A stretch of DNA of 64,000 bases from an uncultured Clostridium sp. (GTDB taxonomy: Bacteria; Bacillota; Clostridia; Lachnospirales; Lachnospiraceae), in assembly GCA_934438135.1 (NCBI GenBank), contig CAKSBP010000017.1:1647-65646 (forward strand), written 5' to 3'. A model generated the notes under the pieces. That model did not search any database and was not told the DNA's origin. It saw only the letters and a program-made list of their open reading frames with translations. The stretch's first letter is position 1. Each line of letters starts with the position of its first letter. Below are positions 30,199 through 38,696 of this stretch, piece by piece. The translations under genes and the position numbers were made by a program.

Positions 30199-31736
30199 TA
30201 TGGCAGCCTCCTTTTTTGTTTAAGATGTGGGCGGATTCCATAGACATCTTCAAAGAACGATGCCTTGGTATCAAAAAGCCCAGATTCCAAAGTGATATCT
30301 TCCAAGGTATAAGCCGTAATAGTCAAATCATTCGGCTTCAGGGAGAGTTTGATTTCTTTTAGTTTCTGTTTGTGGCTTTTATCTAGCACATGGGCAATAC
30401 TGAAAATAGCAAACAACTTTGCGGTTTTCAGATAAATATCGGTTTCAATTCCGTCGTGGGAATGAAGATTTTCCTGAAAATCTTCCGTAGTGTAGCTGAC
30501 AAGTCTGGCAATTAGTTCCCGTTCCTGATGGGAAAGGCCTATAATTTCTGTAGACATAATAATATGGTATGAATTTTCACGAGAGTGGTTCATATTAATA
30601 AAGTCACCACAGTTGTGAAGGGTAACTGCAATTTTTAACAGAAGGCGTTCTCGTTTCCCAAGTCCATGGAGTTTATGGATGCCGTCGAAAATACGGAGAG
30701 CCAAGTGTTCTACATTTTCATTATGAGGACGGTTGCACTGGTAGCGAAGGGCAATATTTCTGGCACAGCAGATGATATCGTTTGTAAAATCATGTTTAGA
30801 AGCTAGTTTCATTTTTCGTTCTGCATATTCTGCAGCAATACCATCACAGAGACCAATATCGCAGAAATAAATATGTTTTGCATTGCTTTCCTCCAGGAGG
30901 CGAAGATAAATCATGGATGCCGGCATAAGAAGGGCAGCCTGTTCCTGAGGGAGATTTGTCTTGGAAATAATGCTGTTAAGTGACATTTTGGATATTTGTT
31001 CCAAGGTACGCATGCAGTCTTTTACCGGTAAGGGTTTCATGACTGGAGGATACTTCATTAAAGTGAGCATATCATCGAGCTGTTCTCCAAGTGCAATGAT
31101 GTTTTCAATTTTCAGATTTTTTAGATAAAACTGGGTAAACGTAAGCAGTTCATTGTTAATGTATTCCATGACAAGGCTTTTGAAATCATTCGTCATCTTT
31201 TCCATATCTCCTAACAGTTCTCGGATACGGAGAACTCCTAGACGAATATTCTGGGTGCATAAAAGGCTTCCTTTGGAAAAAAGGGTAATTTGGATGCTTC
31301 CAGAACCGGCATGGATGATGGCTGTATCTTTTTCAACAATCTGGTTAAAAGAAGATTCACGAAATGCAATAGCTTTATAGCAGAGAAAACGCTGTTCAGA
31401 GTTGCTGATGACTTTGACCTCAATGCCAGAGTGGAGTTTAATCTGATCCAGAATCAGAAATTTATTCGATGCCTCTCGGATTGCACTGGTTGCATAGGCG
31501 ACGTATTCTGTTACGTCGTATTCCTGTAATTTCAGGTTAAAATTCTTTAGGACTTCACAGACTTCATTGACAAGGGCATAGCGGATTTTTCCATATTTAT
31601 AGGTATCAGAACCTAGCAGAATCGGGTGTCTTACATGATCCAGTTCATGTATGCCATCTTTTTTGGAAATTTCGTAAATCTTTAACGACAGTTCATTGGA
31701 GCCCACATCAATGGCAGCAAAAGTTGTAAATGACAT
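30198..31736 (-). CDS. ppx: Exopolyphosphatase, Ppx/GppA family
   Basis: AAIDVGSNELSLKIYE ASKHA-fold N-terminus and an HD-like C-terminal domain. Its stop overlaps the ppk1 start by 1 nt. Confidence 0.85.
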   Translation of the reverse strand: MSFTTFAAIDVGSNELSLKIYEISKKDGIHELDHVRHPILLGSDTYKYGKIRYALVNEVCEVLKNFNLKLQEYDVTEYVAYATSAIREASNKFLILDQIKLHSGIEVKVISNSEQRFLCYKAIAFRESSFNQIVEKDTAIIHAGSGSIQITLFSKGSLLCTQNIRLGVLRIRELLGDMEKMTNDFKSLVMEYINNELLTFTQFYLKNLKIENIIALGEQLDDMLTLMKYPPVMKPLPVKDCMRTLEQISKMSLNSIISKTNLPQEQAALLMPASMIYLRLLEESNAKHIYFCDIGLCDGIAAEYAERKMKLASKHDFTNDIICCARNIALRYQCNRPHNENVEHLALRIFDGIHKLHGLGKRERLLLKIAVTLHNCGDFINMNHSRENSYHIIMSTEIIGLSHQERELIARLVSYTTEDFQENLHSHDGIETDIYLKTAKLFAIFSIAHVLDKSHKQKLKEIKLSLKPNDLTITAYTLEDITLESGLFDTKASFFEDVYGIRPHLKQKRRLP

Positions 31737-32053
31737 AAAAACCTCCTTCAGTCTTTGAAATTAGAATTTGTTTATTTGTGGAAAATTATTCAAAATAGTA
31801 AATGAATCGTTAGAATGGTAAATAATACTAATGATTATATTGTAACAGGTATTTAAAAAATTGAAAATAGTTTTTTCAGGAGTAGAACATAAACTACCTT
31901 TGTTCTGGCTTTTTTGCAAAAAGTATGTATAATAGGTAGTGAATAAAATATATGAAATCGTGTGAAAGAAAATTTAATTATGAAAGGATGCCCATAGGTT
32001 CTTACACACAAAAAGGGCAGTATTGCAGTTTTGCAACATTGGGAAAGAGGAAT

Positions 32054-33103
32054 ATGAAAACTTCAGATTTTAACTTTGACCTGCCGGAAGAACTGATTGC
32101 ACAGGATCCACTTGAGGATCGTTCCAGTTCCAGGCTTTTGGTATTAAATAAAGAGACAGGTGTGATTACACACAAAATTTTTAAGGACATTAAGGATTAT
32201 CTTCGTCCAGGAGACTGTCTTGTCCTGAATAACACAAAAGTAATTCCAGCCAGACTAATCGGAGAAAAAGAAGGAACCGGAGCGAAAATCGAACTTCTGT
32301 TATTAAAGAGAATGGAAGGTGATGTCTGGGAAACTCTTGTAAAACCAGGTAAGAAAGCAAAGCCAGGAACCAGAATTTCTTTTGGAAATGGTTTGTTAAT
32401 TGGTGAGATTACAGAAATAATTGAAGATGGTAATCGTCATGTAAAATTTTATTATGAAGGAATCTTTGAAGAAATTTTAGACCAGTTAGGTCAGATGCCG
32501 CTGCCACCTTATATTACACATCAGTTAAAGGATAAGAACCGTTATCAGACGGTATATGCGAAATATGAGGGTTCTGCCGCTGCACCTACTGCAGGTCTTC
32601 ATTTTACCAAGGAACTGTTACATGAATTGGAAGAGATGGGGGTTATTCTCTGTGGGGTAACTCTTCATGTTGGGCTTGGAACCTTCCGTCCGGTAAAAGT
32701 AGATGACGTGACCGAACATCACATGCATACGGAAGCGTATCAGGTGCTTCCAGAAGCAGCGAAGAAAATCAATGATGCTAAGAGAGAAGGACGTCGTGTT
32801 ATCTGTGTTGGTACTACAAGCTGCCGTACCGTAGAATCTGCAGCAGATGAAAATGGAATTGTTCAGCCGGGAAGCGGTGATACAGATATTTTCATTTATC
32901 CAGGTTATAAATTTAAAGTACTTGACTGTCTGATTACAAATTTCCATCTTCCGGAATCCACACTGGTTATGCTGGTTTCTGCACTTGCAGGGAAAGATCA
33001 TATTATGAATGCATATGCCGAAGCAGTGAAGGAAAGATACAGATTCTTCTCTTTTGGGGATGCCATGTTTATTACGGATGATGATTTGATAAAAGAAGAT
33101 TAG
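32054..33103 (+). CDS. queA: tRNA preQ1(34) S-adenosylmethionine ribosyltransferase-isomerase
   Basis: [31 protein letters not shown] is the canonical QueA N-terminus. Start at the ATG at 32054 behind gggaaagagg. Confidence 0.9.
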   Translation: MKTSDFNFDLPEELIAQDPLEDRSSSRLLVLNKETGVITHKIFKDIKDYLRPGDCLVLNNTKVIPARLIGEKEGTGAKIELLLLKRMEGDVWETLVKPGKKAKPGTRISFGNGLLIGEITEIIEDGNRHVKFYYEGIFEEILDQLGQMPLPPYITHQLKDKNRYQTVYAKYEGSAAAPTAGLHFTKELLHELEEMGVILCGVTLHVGLGTFRPVKVDDVTEHHMHTEAYQVLPEAAKKINDAKREGRRVICVGTTSCRTVESAADENGIVQPGSGDTDIFIYPGYKFKVLDCLITNFHLPESTLVMLVSALAGKDHIMNAYAEAVKERYRFFSFGDAMFITDDDLIKED

Positions 33104-33221
33104 TACAAAATAAGAATACTGCATGCAATTCCAAATTGCTAACAGGTAATCTTGGCAGCTTTACAGCAGGGGATGCAGCAACCATGAATGCTTCTTACAA
33201 CTTAGTTAGACAGCTGGATAC

Positions 33222-34955
33222 TTACTTTGAAATAGTAAAAAGGGAGTAGAAGTAACCTTTTTTATTCATAAGTTCATCAAAAGAACCTTTTTCTTTTATG
33301 TATCCATTTTTTAGAGTAATAATTTCATCTGCCTGTCGAAGTATGGTTTCATCCAAATCGTGTAAAACGAATACTCTGGTTATATCTTTAAGATTCATAA
33401 TGGAGGACATTACATGGAACGAAGTATTTGCATCCAATGCTGCTGTAATTTCATCTGCAAGAAGTACATTTGTATGTCGGATAAGACTTCTTGCAACTGC
33501 GATTCTCTGCCTTTCTCCTCCTGAGAGAGAACTGCCGTTTTCACCGCATTTATAGGTTAGTCCCTTTTGATTTACAAGTTCAGTAAGACCGGACTGTTTT
33601 ACTGCTTTGTCTATTTCATCGTTCGAGAACTCTTGATACATTGTGATGTTATCTAAAATGGAGCTGTCAAAGATAACTGTTTCTTGTTGGATAAAAGCCA
33701 ATGCCTTATATATCTCATCATTACTGACATCTCTAAGCTCTGTATCATCATAGAAGATTTCTCCACTATATGGACTCATCATTTGCATGATAAGTTTTAA
33801 AAGCGTACTTTTTCCACTTCCGGAGGCACCCACGATAATGTAACATTTTCCCGCCATTATATCTAAGTTTATATTCTTTAGTGATAATTCTGTTTTTGCA
33901 TTTGAAAGGTCATCTGCATAACGGTAGGAAACATTTCTAAATCGAATCGAATGCTGAAGTTTGGAAAGTTTTTTAGAGGTTTCGTGTTTTTCCTCAGTAT
34001 CCAATACTTCTCCAAGTTTATCTACAAGGGATAACGATGCCTTTGCATCTGTCAGCATTGGTGGAAGATTAGTAACTGGATCAATGAGATAATTAATAAG
34101 CTGGGAGAAAGCGATAATCGTTCCTGATGTTATCTTATCATCATAAAAAGAGAACAGTACACATGCAAATAGTACGCTAAACTGTGTGATGTATCCTGAA
34201 ATGGCAGCATGGTAATTTACTTTCTCAATGATTTTTTCTCGATTTCTCTGACTTTTTCTGACCTCTTCGCATTGATTCCTGTAAAGGAGATTAAAGGCAT
34301 TTTCCGCTTTAAAGCTTTTGATAGTAGAAAAGCCTCCAAATATATCTTTTATGACTGCCATATATTCGGAATTTTTTTCAGATAGAGACATCTCTGCATC
34401 GGATAGTTTTCTTCCGGATATAAGTGCAGCAATAAGTGGTATAAATGAAATGATTACTGCAATCAGTGTAAGCCAAATACTATAACCAGCCATCATTACA
34501 AGAGCACCAAGGCAGCATATAAATATCTGGGTGATAATTGGAAGCTGATCAAGATATTTTTCTTTTATAGAAGAAATATCGTTTACTAGTGCTGATGTGT
34601 AATTGGATGAATTTTTCCTATAAAATCCTTGGATATCCTTCTTTAAAAGTTTGGTAAAAGCATAACTTCTGTATTGTGCGACTGCTTTTGTGCTGAATGC
34701 AGTTCTAAAATAATAGGTACATATTCCAGAAAATAATTCCATAAATATAACTGCAAGTCCCATGAAAAGAAGATGACTCCAATTACTTGTCCCCGTTCCT
34801 GCTACTAAGTCGATTACCTGCTGCATAAGATAGGGGACACATAAAATTGCAATAGAAAGAACAGTGGTACCTAGAATGGCCATTGCCAGGTTGAATCTGT
34901 TATTTTCATAGAATTTACTGCGCAGTGCTTTCGTGTTTGACGATTGATTCTTCAT
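33222..34955 (-). CDS. ABC exporter (fused TMD-NBD), putative RiPP transporter
   Basis: Six-TM ABC_membrane domain, then Walker A GASGSGKST, signature LSGGERQR and Walker B LLADE. There is no N-terminal C39 peptidase domain. Confidence 0.85.
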   Translation of the reverse strand: MKNQSSNTKALRSKFYENNRFNLAMAILGTTVLSIAILCVPYLMQQVIDLVAGTGTSNWSHLLFMGLAVIFMELFSGICTYYFRTAFSTKAVAQYRSYAFTKLLKKDIQGFYRKNSSNYTSALVNDISSIKEKYLDQLPIITQIFICCLGALVMMAGYSIWLTLIAVIISFIPLIAALISGRKLSDAEMSLSEKNSEYMAVIKDIFGGFSTIKSFKAENAFNLLYRNQCEEVRKSQRNREKIIEKVNYHAAISGYITQFSVLFACVLFSFYDDKITSGTIIAFSQLINYLIDPVTNLPPMLTDAKASLSLVDKLGEVLDTEEKHETSKKLSKLQHSIRFRNVSYRYADDLSNAKTELSLKNINLDIMAGKCYIIVGASGSGKSTLLKLIMQMMSPYSGEIFYDDTELRDVSNDEIYKALAFIQQETVIFDSSILDNITMYQEFSNDEIDKAVKQSGLTELVNQKGLTYKCGENGSSLSGGERQRIAVARSLIRHTNVLLADEITAALDANTSFHVMSSIMNLKDITRVFVLHDLDETILRQADEIITLKNGYIKEKGSFDELMNKKGYFYSLFTISK

Positions 34956-35010
34956 GATTCGTTTCCGTATCCTTTCTTTTATAGTTCTTGTCTTGGAAAA
35001 TGGAATGTTT

Positions 35011-36378
35011 CTAAAATTTCTGTATTTCAGGATAAAATATTTGATTTAAGAAATCTTCAAAACTTTTCTGTTCATTTTCACATTGTTTGTCAAAGTTTAT
35101 TTTAGCGGATTGTTCACATCCCCCACCGCAATATCCACCTATTTTGCATATGCTGCATTTTTTGTTATCTCTATATGTTCTGTTTGGTTTTTTATAATTT
35201 TTTAGATTGTCAGATGAGAATTTAAATTCTGAGAATTCTTTTCTACCTACGGTATATGTACATCTAAAAGTGTCTAAATCAGGATCGATGTAAAAAACAT
35301 TTTCATATGGTGCAGCAGCCCAACAGTAGTTTCCTGAACCTTTTAACTCTTGTTGGCGATAATTAACTCCTATTTTCTTACACAATTCATAGGGAGCCCG
35401 TATAAACGAAGCATATACTCCATCAGGTATCATACTAAATTCCCCTAATTTTTTCAATATATCAGTTTCACTAAGTATATCTTTATAGTTAGTTTCATAA
35501 AATCTATCATCAACTCGTCCTATAACAAAGGAGAACTTTTCATTACTTAAGAACTCTTCTTGTTCATAAAAATTAATCATGCTACCAATTTGATTTATAT
35601 TATGTTTATCAATATTAGCTGCTATGCTTACTCTTACACCATTATCTATAAGCAGCTTTACGTTTTGTAATATTGAGTTTGCATGTGCAGTCGGTATATT
35701 TTTATTTCTTTCGCATCTTGTTGTCTCGTTATTAAAGAGGCTGTCTATAGTTGTAAATATACTCATATTTAACCCGCGGTATATAATAAGCTCCTTTAGA
35801 TAGTATCCTAAAAAAGAACCATTGGTTGTTATGCCTACACTTATTCTGTTTTCTACGCAAAAGTCAAATATTTTTATAATATCATCGTGATTTTCTGGTA
35901 ATAATGGCTCACCACCAAACAATTCTATAACTATATTTTCATCGTTATGGTTATTTTTATATTCTATAATGGTAGATAGAATATAATCTAAATTTTCTGT
36001 TGTAATTTTATTTTTATTTAGTTTATCATTATGCTGTTGATAGCAATAAGTGCATTTTAAATTGCATGCATAGCTCAATGCAATAACAAAACTAGTAGAT
36101 TTATTTTTGGTATCAACTATTTTATTCGAATAAATATCATATTCACTAGTTATCGGTTTATATTCTAGGACTTCTGCTACAGTTTTTGGGTATTTTCCAA
36201 TGCCATTCCAATCTATTGTATCAAGTAAAATACATCTATTGGTGTATGAATTTATGATGCATACTTTCTTTCCTAGATGTTTTATGATTAAGTGATCTAT
36301 AGATGGTACAAGTATTTCAGATTTATCTTGTATTTCCATTCTTTTTAATTTACCATTTGAAATCTCTTCAATGAACAT
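35011..36378 (-). CDS. Radical SAM/SPASM peptide maturase with an N-terminal (RRE-position) extension
   Basis: CNLKCTYC (C105/C109/C112, nt 36043-36066), GGEPLL, and a C-terminal 7-Cys pattern C-x20-C ... CSICKIGGYCGGGC ... C. About 95 aa precede the cluster motif. Confidence 0.85.
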   Translation of the reverse strand: MFIEEISNGKLKRMEIQDKSEILVPSIDHLIIKHLGKKVCIINSYTNRCILLDTIDWNGIGKYPKTVAEVLEYKPITSEYDIYSNKIVDTKNKSTSFVIALSYACNLKCTYCYQQHNDKLNKNKITTENLDYILSTIIEYKNNHNDENIVIELFGGEPLLPENHDDIIKIFDFCVENRISVGITTNGSFLGYYLKELIIYRGLNMSIFTTIDSLFNNETTRCERNKNIPTAHANSILQNVKLLIDNGVRVSIAANIDKHNINQIGSMINFYEQEEFLSNEKFSFVIGRVDDRFYETNYKDILSETDILKKLGEFSMIPDGVYASFIRAPYELCKKIGVNYRQQELKGSGNYCWAAAPYENVFYIDPDLDTFRCTYTVGRKEFSEFKFSSDNLKNYKKPNRTYRDNKKCSICKIGGYCGGGCEQSAKINFDKQCENEQKSFEDFLNQIFYPEIQKF

Positions 36379-36479
36379 TATTTCCTGTATGATTAGTAAG
36401 ACTCAATAAATCATACGTCTCCTTTCTTTTTAAGGTGGTTAAATTTTTATTAATCTCTAGATTTTTAATATTTTTGAAT

Positions 36480-36512
36480 GAGGAGGTGCAGGAAAACATC
36501 CTACACCCCCTC
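36480..36512 (-). promoter_or_regulatory. Strand-specific hairpin between precursor and maturase genes
   Basis: The minus-strand RNA gagggggugua gg/ccugcaccuccuc forms 13 bp including two G-U pairs, which would be A-C mismatches on the plus strand. The loop is 7 nt and no U tract follows. Confidence 0.5.
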
Positions 36513-36535
36513 ACTCAGAAAAAGGTTTTATACAA

Positions 36536-36667
36536 TTATCTTACTGTAGAATATCTACGATGTCCTACAGATGCTGTGCAAACGTTTGCAAGTTTATCAA
36601 TTGCTTCCATTTTTTCAATTTCTTCTTTTGTTAGAGTAACGCTTTTTAATGCTACCATATCTTTCAT
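36536..36667 (-). CDS. Candidate RiPP precursor peptide (43 aa; not in the ORF track)
   Basis: MKDMVALKSVTLTKEEIEKMEAIDKLANVCTASVGHRRYSTVR. RBS ggaaaggaga precedes it. An alternative start is the second ATG at 36658. It sits directly upstream of, and co-directional with, the rSAM/SPASM and ABC genes. Confidence 0.65.
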   Translation of the reverse strand: MKDMVALKSVTLTKEEIEKMEAIDKLANVCTASVGHRRYSTVR

Positions 36668-36812
36668 TCTCCTTTCCTTGGATGCCTTAAGTATAGCATC
36701 GCAAATTTATACTATGATTACATATTAAATGCTAATACTAAGTCGTCACAATGTCAATATTTTTCTTCTATATTATTCATAAAAATCCATAATATGACAT
36801 ATATAAATGAGA

Positions 36813-36841
36813 TTGATTATGACGGAAGGTAAATGTATAAT
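36813..36841 (+). promoter_or_regulatory. Candidate fruK promoter
   Basis: TTGATT, a 17-nt spacer ending in TG, then TATAAT (extended -10), about 95 nt upstream of the ATG. Confidence 0.5.
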
Positions 36842-36935
36842 ACCAAAGAGAATGTGTTTTGCAGGCAGAACTTATTACAAAGAAAATCAAAGAACAGAAA
36901 TATAAGGACTGTTCCAATCTTGTGGAGGTGTGAAA

Positions 36936-37838
36936 ATGATTTATACAGTCACATTAAATCCATCACTGGATTATGCTGTGGGCGTGGATGGATTTTTGTT
37001 AGGAGCGACAAATCGGACGAAAAGTGAGCAGATACTGCCAGGGGGAAAAGGAATTAATGTTTCTATTATGCTGAAAAATTTAGGAATAGAAAGTACAGTA
37101 CTTGGCTTTCTTGCTGGATTTACTGGAGATGAAATTGAAAGGAAAGTAAAGGAAGCAGGATGTAAAACAGATTTTATCCGGATGGAAGAAGGTATGTCGA
37201 GAATCAATATCAAACTGAAATCTGATGTGGAGACGGAAGTAAACGGAATGGGGCCGGTAATCAGTGAGGCAGCGTTAAATCAGCTGTTTGAAAAACTGGA
37301 TCAGCTGAAACGGGATGATGTGCTGGTTCTGGCAGGAAGTATTCCAGCATCCATGCCATCGATCGTCTATCAGGAGATTATGGACAGGCTTTCGAATAAA
37401 GGAGTAACGTTCGTTGTAGATGCGACGAAAGACCTGCTGGTAAATGTATTAGAAAGACAGCCATTTCTGATTAAGCCCAATCATCATGAATTAGGTGAGA
37501 TTTTTGGAGTGGAGTTAAAAACCAAAGAAGAAGTGAAACAATATGCCAGAAAGCTGATGGAAATGGGAGCCAGAAATGTATTGATTTCCATGGCTGGCGA
37601 CGGGGCAGTATTCTTAGGAGAGGACGGAAGTGTGCTGGAAAGTCCGGCGCCAAAAGGAAAGGTGATAAATTCCGTGGGATCGGGAGACTCTATGGTAGCA
37701 GGATTTCTTGCCGGATATTTCAGTACAAATGACTATGAACAAGCATTTAAGATGGGAATTTCAGCAGGAAGTGCAAGTGCATTTTCTAAAGAACTTGCAA
37801 CGAAGGAAGAAGTTCTTGCTATATTAAATACACTTTAG
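36936..37838 (+). CDS. fruK: 1-phosphofructokinase (PfkB family)
   Basis: MIYTVTLNPSLDY N-terminus, the GGKGINV motif and a C-terminal GSGDSMVAGF ATP-binding motif. The ATG at 36936 is 7 nt after GGAGG. Confidence 0.8.
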   Translation: MIYTVTLNPSLDYAVGVDGFLLGATNRTKSEQILPGGKGINVSIMLKNLGIESTVLGFLAGFTGDEIERKVKEAGCKTDFIRMEEGMSRINIKLKSDVETEVNGMGPVISEAALNQLFEKLDQLKRDDVLVLAGSIPASMPSIVYQEIMDRLSNKGVTFVVDATKDLLVNVLERQPFLIKPNHHELGEIFGVELKTKEEVKQYARKLMEMGARNVLISMAGDGAVFLGEDGSVLESPAPKGKVINSVGSGDSMVAGFLAGYFSTNDYEQAFKMGISAGSASAFSKELATKEEVLAILNTL

Positions 37839-37854
37839 GACGAGGCCAGAGGTT

Positions 37855-38043
37855 TTGGTGGTCAAAGATGAACAGGGAATCCATGCAAGATCAGCAGGAT
37901 TAATTAAAATTGCTAAAGATGGCAAGAGAATTATGGGAGTGATGAGACTTGGTGTGAAGGCTGATGGAGAAGAGGAAGCGAATGCCATAGATGATAGAGC
38001 AGGTGATAAAGGAGAATTTATAGGTCGATTTGTCGATAATTGA
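37855..38043 (+). pseudogene. Decayed HPr (ptsH-like) remnant
   Basis: The translation keeps GIHARSAGL (His15 loop) and RIMGVMRLGV (Ser46 region, with Ser replaced by Arg). It lacks about two internal blocks of a normal ~88-aa HPr and has no ATG start or RBS. Confidence 0.5.
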
Positions 38044-38057
38044 ACTATTGAATGCTT

Positions 38058-38096
38058 AAAAAGCTAGCTTTACAGATACTTGTAAAACTAGCTTTT
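38058..38096. terminator. Bidirectional terminator
   Basis: aaaaagctagctttac pairs with gtaaaactagctttt (about 15 bp, one mismatch) between convergent genes. Confidence 0.7.
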
Positions 38097-38131
38097 AGTA
38101 TGTACATGTGTAGGCTTGTTGTTATGTAAAA

Positions 38132-38536
38132 TTAGGATACACGTACTTGAATTTTTGCACCGAAGCTACTCAGATTGTAGAATTTAATACGGTATTTATG
38201 ATGCTCTAAATCTGTGAAGTTGTAGGAATCCTTTGAAGAACCTTTAATTGTATAGGAATCAACAACGCAGTGGTCAGTATTATCGTATAGCTTAATTAGA
38301 ATATCTGCATTGTTATAATTATTTACCTGAACAAAAATTTCGTAACCACTTTTATATTTACATGGCTTATAAAGGCTTGAACTCTTTGTCCATCCATCGC
38401 CAGAGATGGTTGTTGTAAATTTGTCCAAACTTACATCATCAAGATCTACTACTGAAGATGCACTTACAGCTGTAGAACATAAACTTGTAAGACAGAATAG
38501 TATAGTTAGCATAGTTACCATTAATTTCTTTTTCAT
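38132..38536 (-). CDS. Small secreted protein of unknown function
   Basis: Signal peptide MKKKLMVTMLTILFCLTSLCSTAVSA followed by an ~105-aa beta-rich, Tyr/Asn-rich domain. RBS aaggagga precedes it. The gene is AT-rich. Confidence 0.6.
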   Translation of the reverse strand: MKKKLMVTMLTILFCLTSLCSTAVSASSVVDLDDVSLDKFTTTISGDGWTKSSSLYKPCKYKSGYEIFVQVNNYNNADILIKLYDNTDHCVVDSYTIKGSSKDSYNFTDLEHHKYRIKFYNLSSFGAKIQVRVS

Positions 38537-38620
38537 TATAATATCCTCCTTTTTTTTACATGGATAATCATACCATTAATTGGAGATGATGTAAAGGGCA
38601 ACTTAAAAAAATTTATATTA

Positions 38621-38670
38621 AACAAAACCCAAAAGATTCGAAACATCTAATTAATGCCAAATCTTTTGGG
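38621..38670 (-). terminator. aroA terminator
   Basis: cccaaaagatt (38628-38638) pairs with aatcttttggg (38660-38670), followed on the minus strand by uuuuguu. Confidence 0.75.
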
Positions 38671-38696
38671 CTTTTATAAGCATATTTTTTGTCTGT

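Noticed and set aside
31952-32053. N-terminal extensions in ORF-track entries (queA 31952, agrB-like 5988, priA 56182, def 58409, rsmB 60626, gmk 50212, yicC 49037, MYG1 4694, PncA-like 4131, cheX-like 23967, SDR 22550)
   Set aside because: In each case an internal ATG, GTG or TTG with a proper Shine-Dalgarno at 5-9 nt gives the canonical family N-terminus. The extension overlaps the upstream gene, a terminator or a promoter.
32618-33124. 168-aa minus-strand ORF inside queA, and similar antisense ORFs (945-1331, 12375-12752, 45157-45570, 46949-47347, 61330-61698 and others in the track)
   Set aside because: Each lies entirely opposite a gene with unmistakable family motifs (permease, feoB, hydF, galT, rsmB, queA). 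Each also lacks an RBS and any recognisable domain. These are typical antisense shadow frames.
33104-33249. Short plus-strand frame (GNLGSFTAGDAATMNASYNLVRQLDTYFEIVKRE, or 21 aa from an internal ATG) between queA and the ABC gene, considered as a second peptide or gene fragment
   Set aside because: Its 3' end overlaps the ABC exporter's 3' end on the opposite strand by about 28 nt. It has only a marginal RBS and no resemblance to the precursor at 36536-36667. Nothing supports calling it coding.
36435-36728. 97-aa plus-strand ORF from the ORF track, covering the precursor-peptide region
   Set aside because: It lies antisense to the RBS-preceded 43-codon ORF and crosses the hairpin. It has no RBS and a low-complexity Ile/Leu/Phe/Ser-rich translation with no motif. 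I treat it as a shadow ORF of AT-rich DNA.
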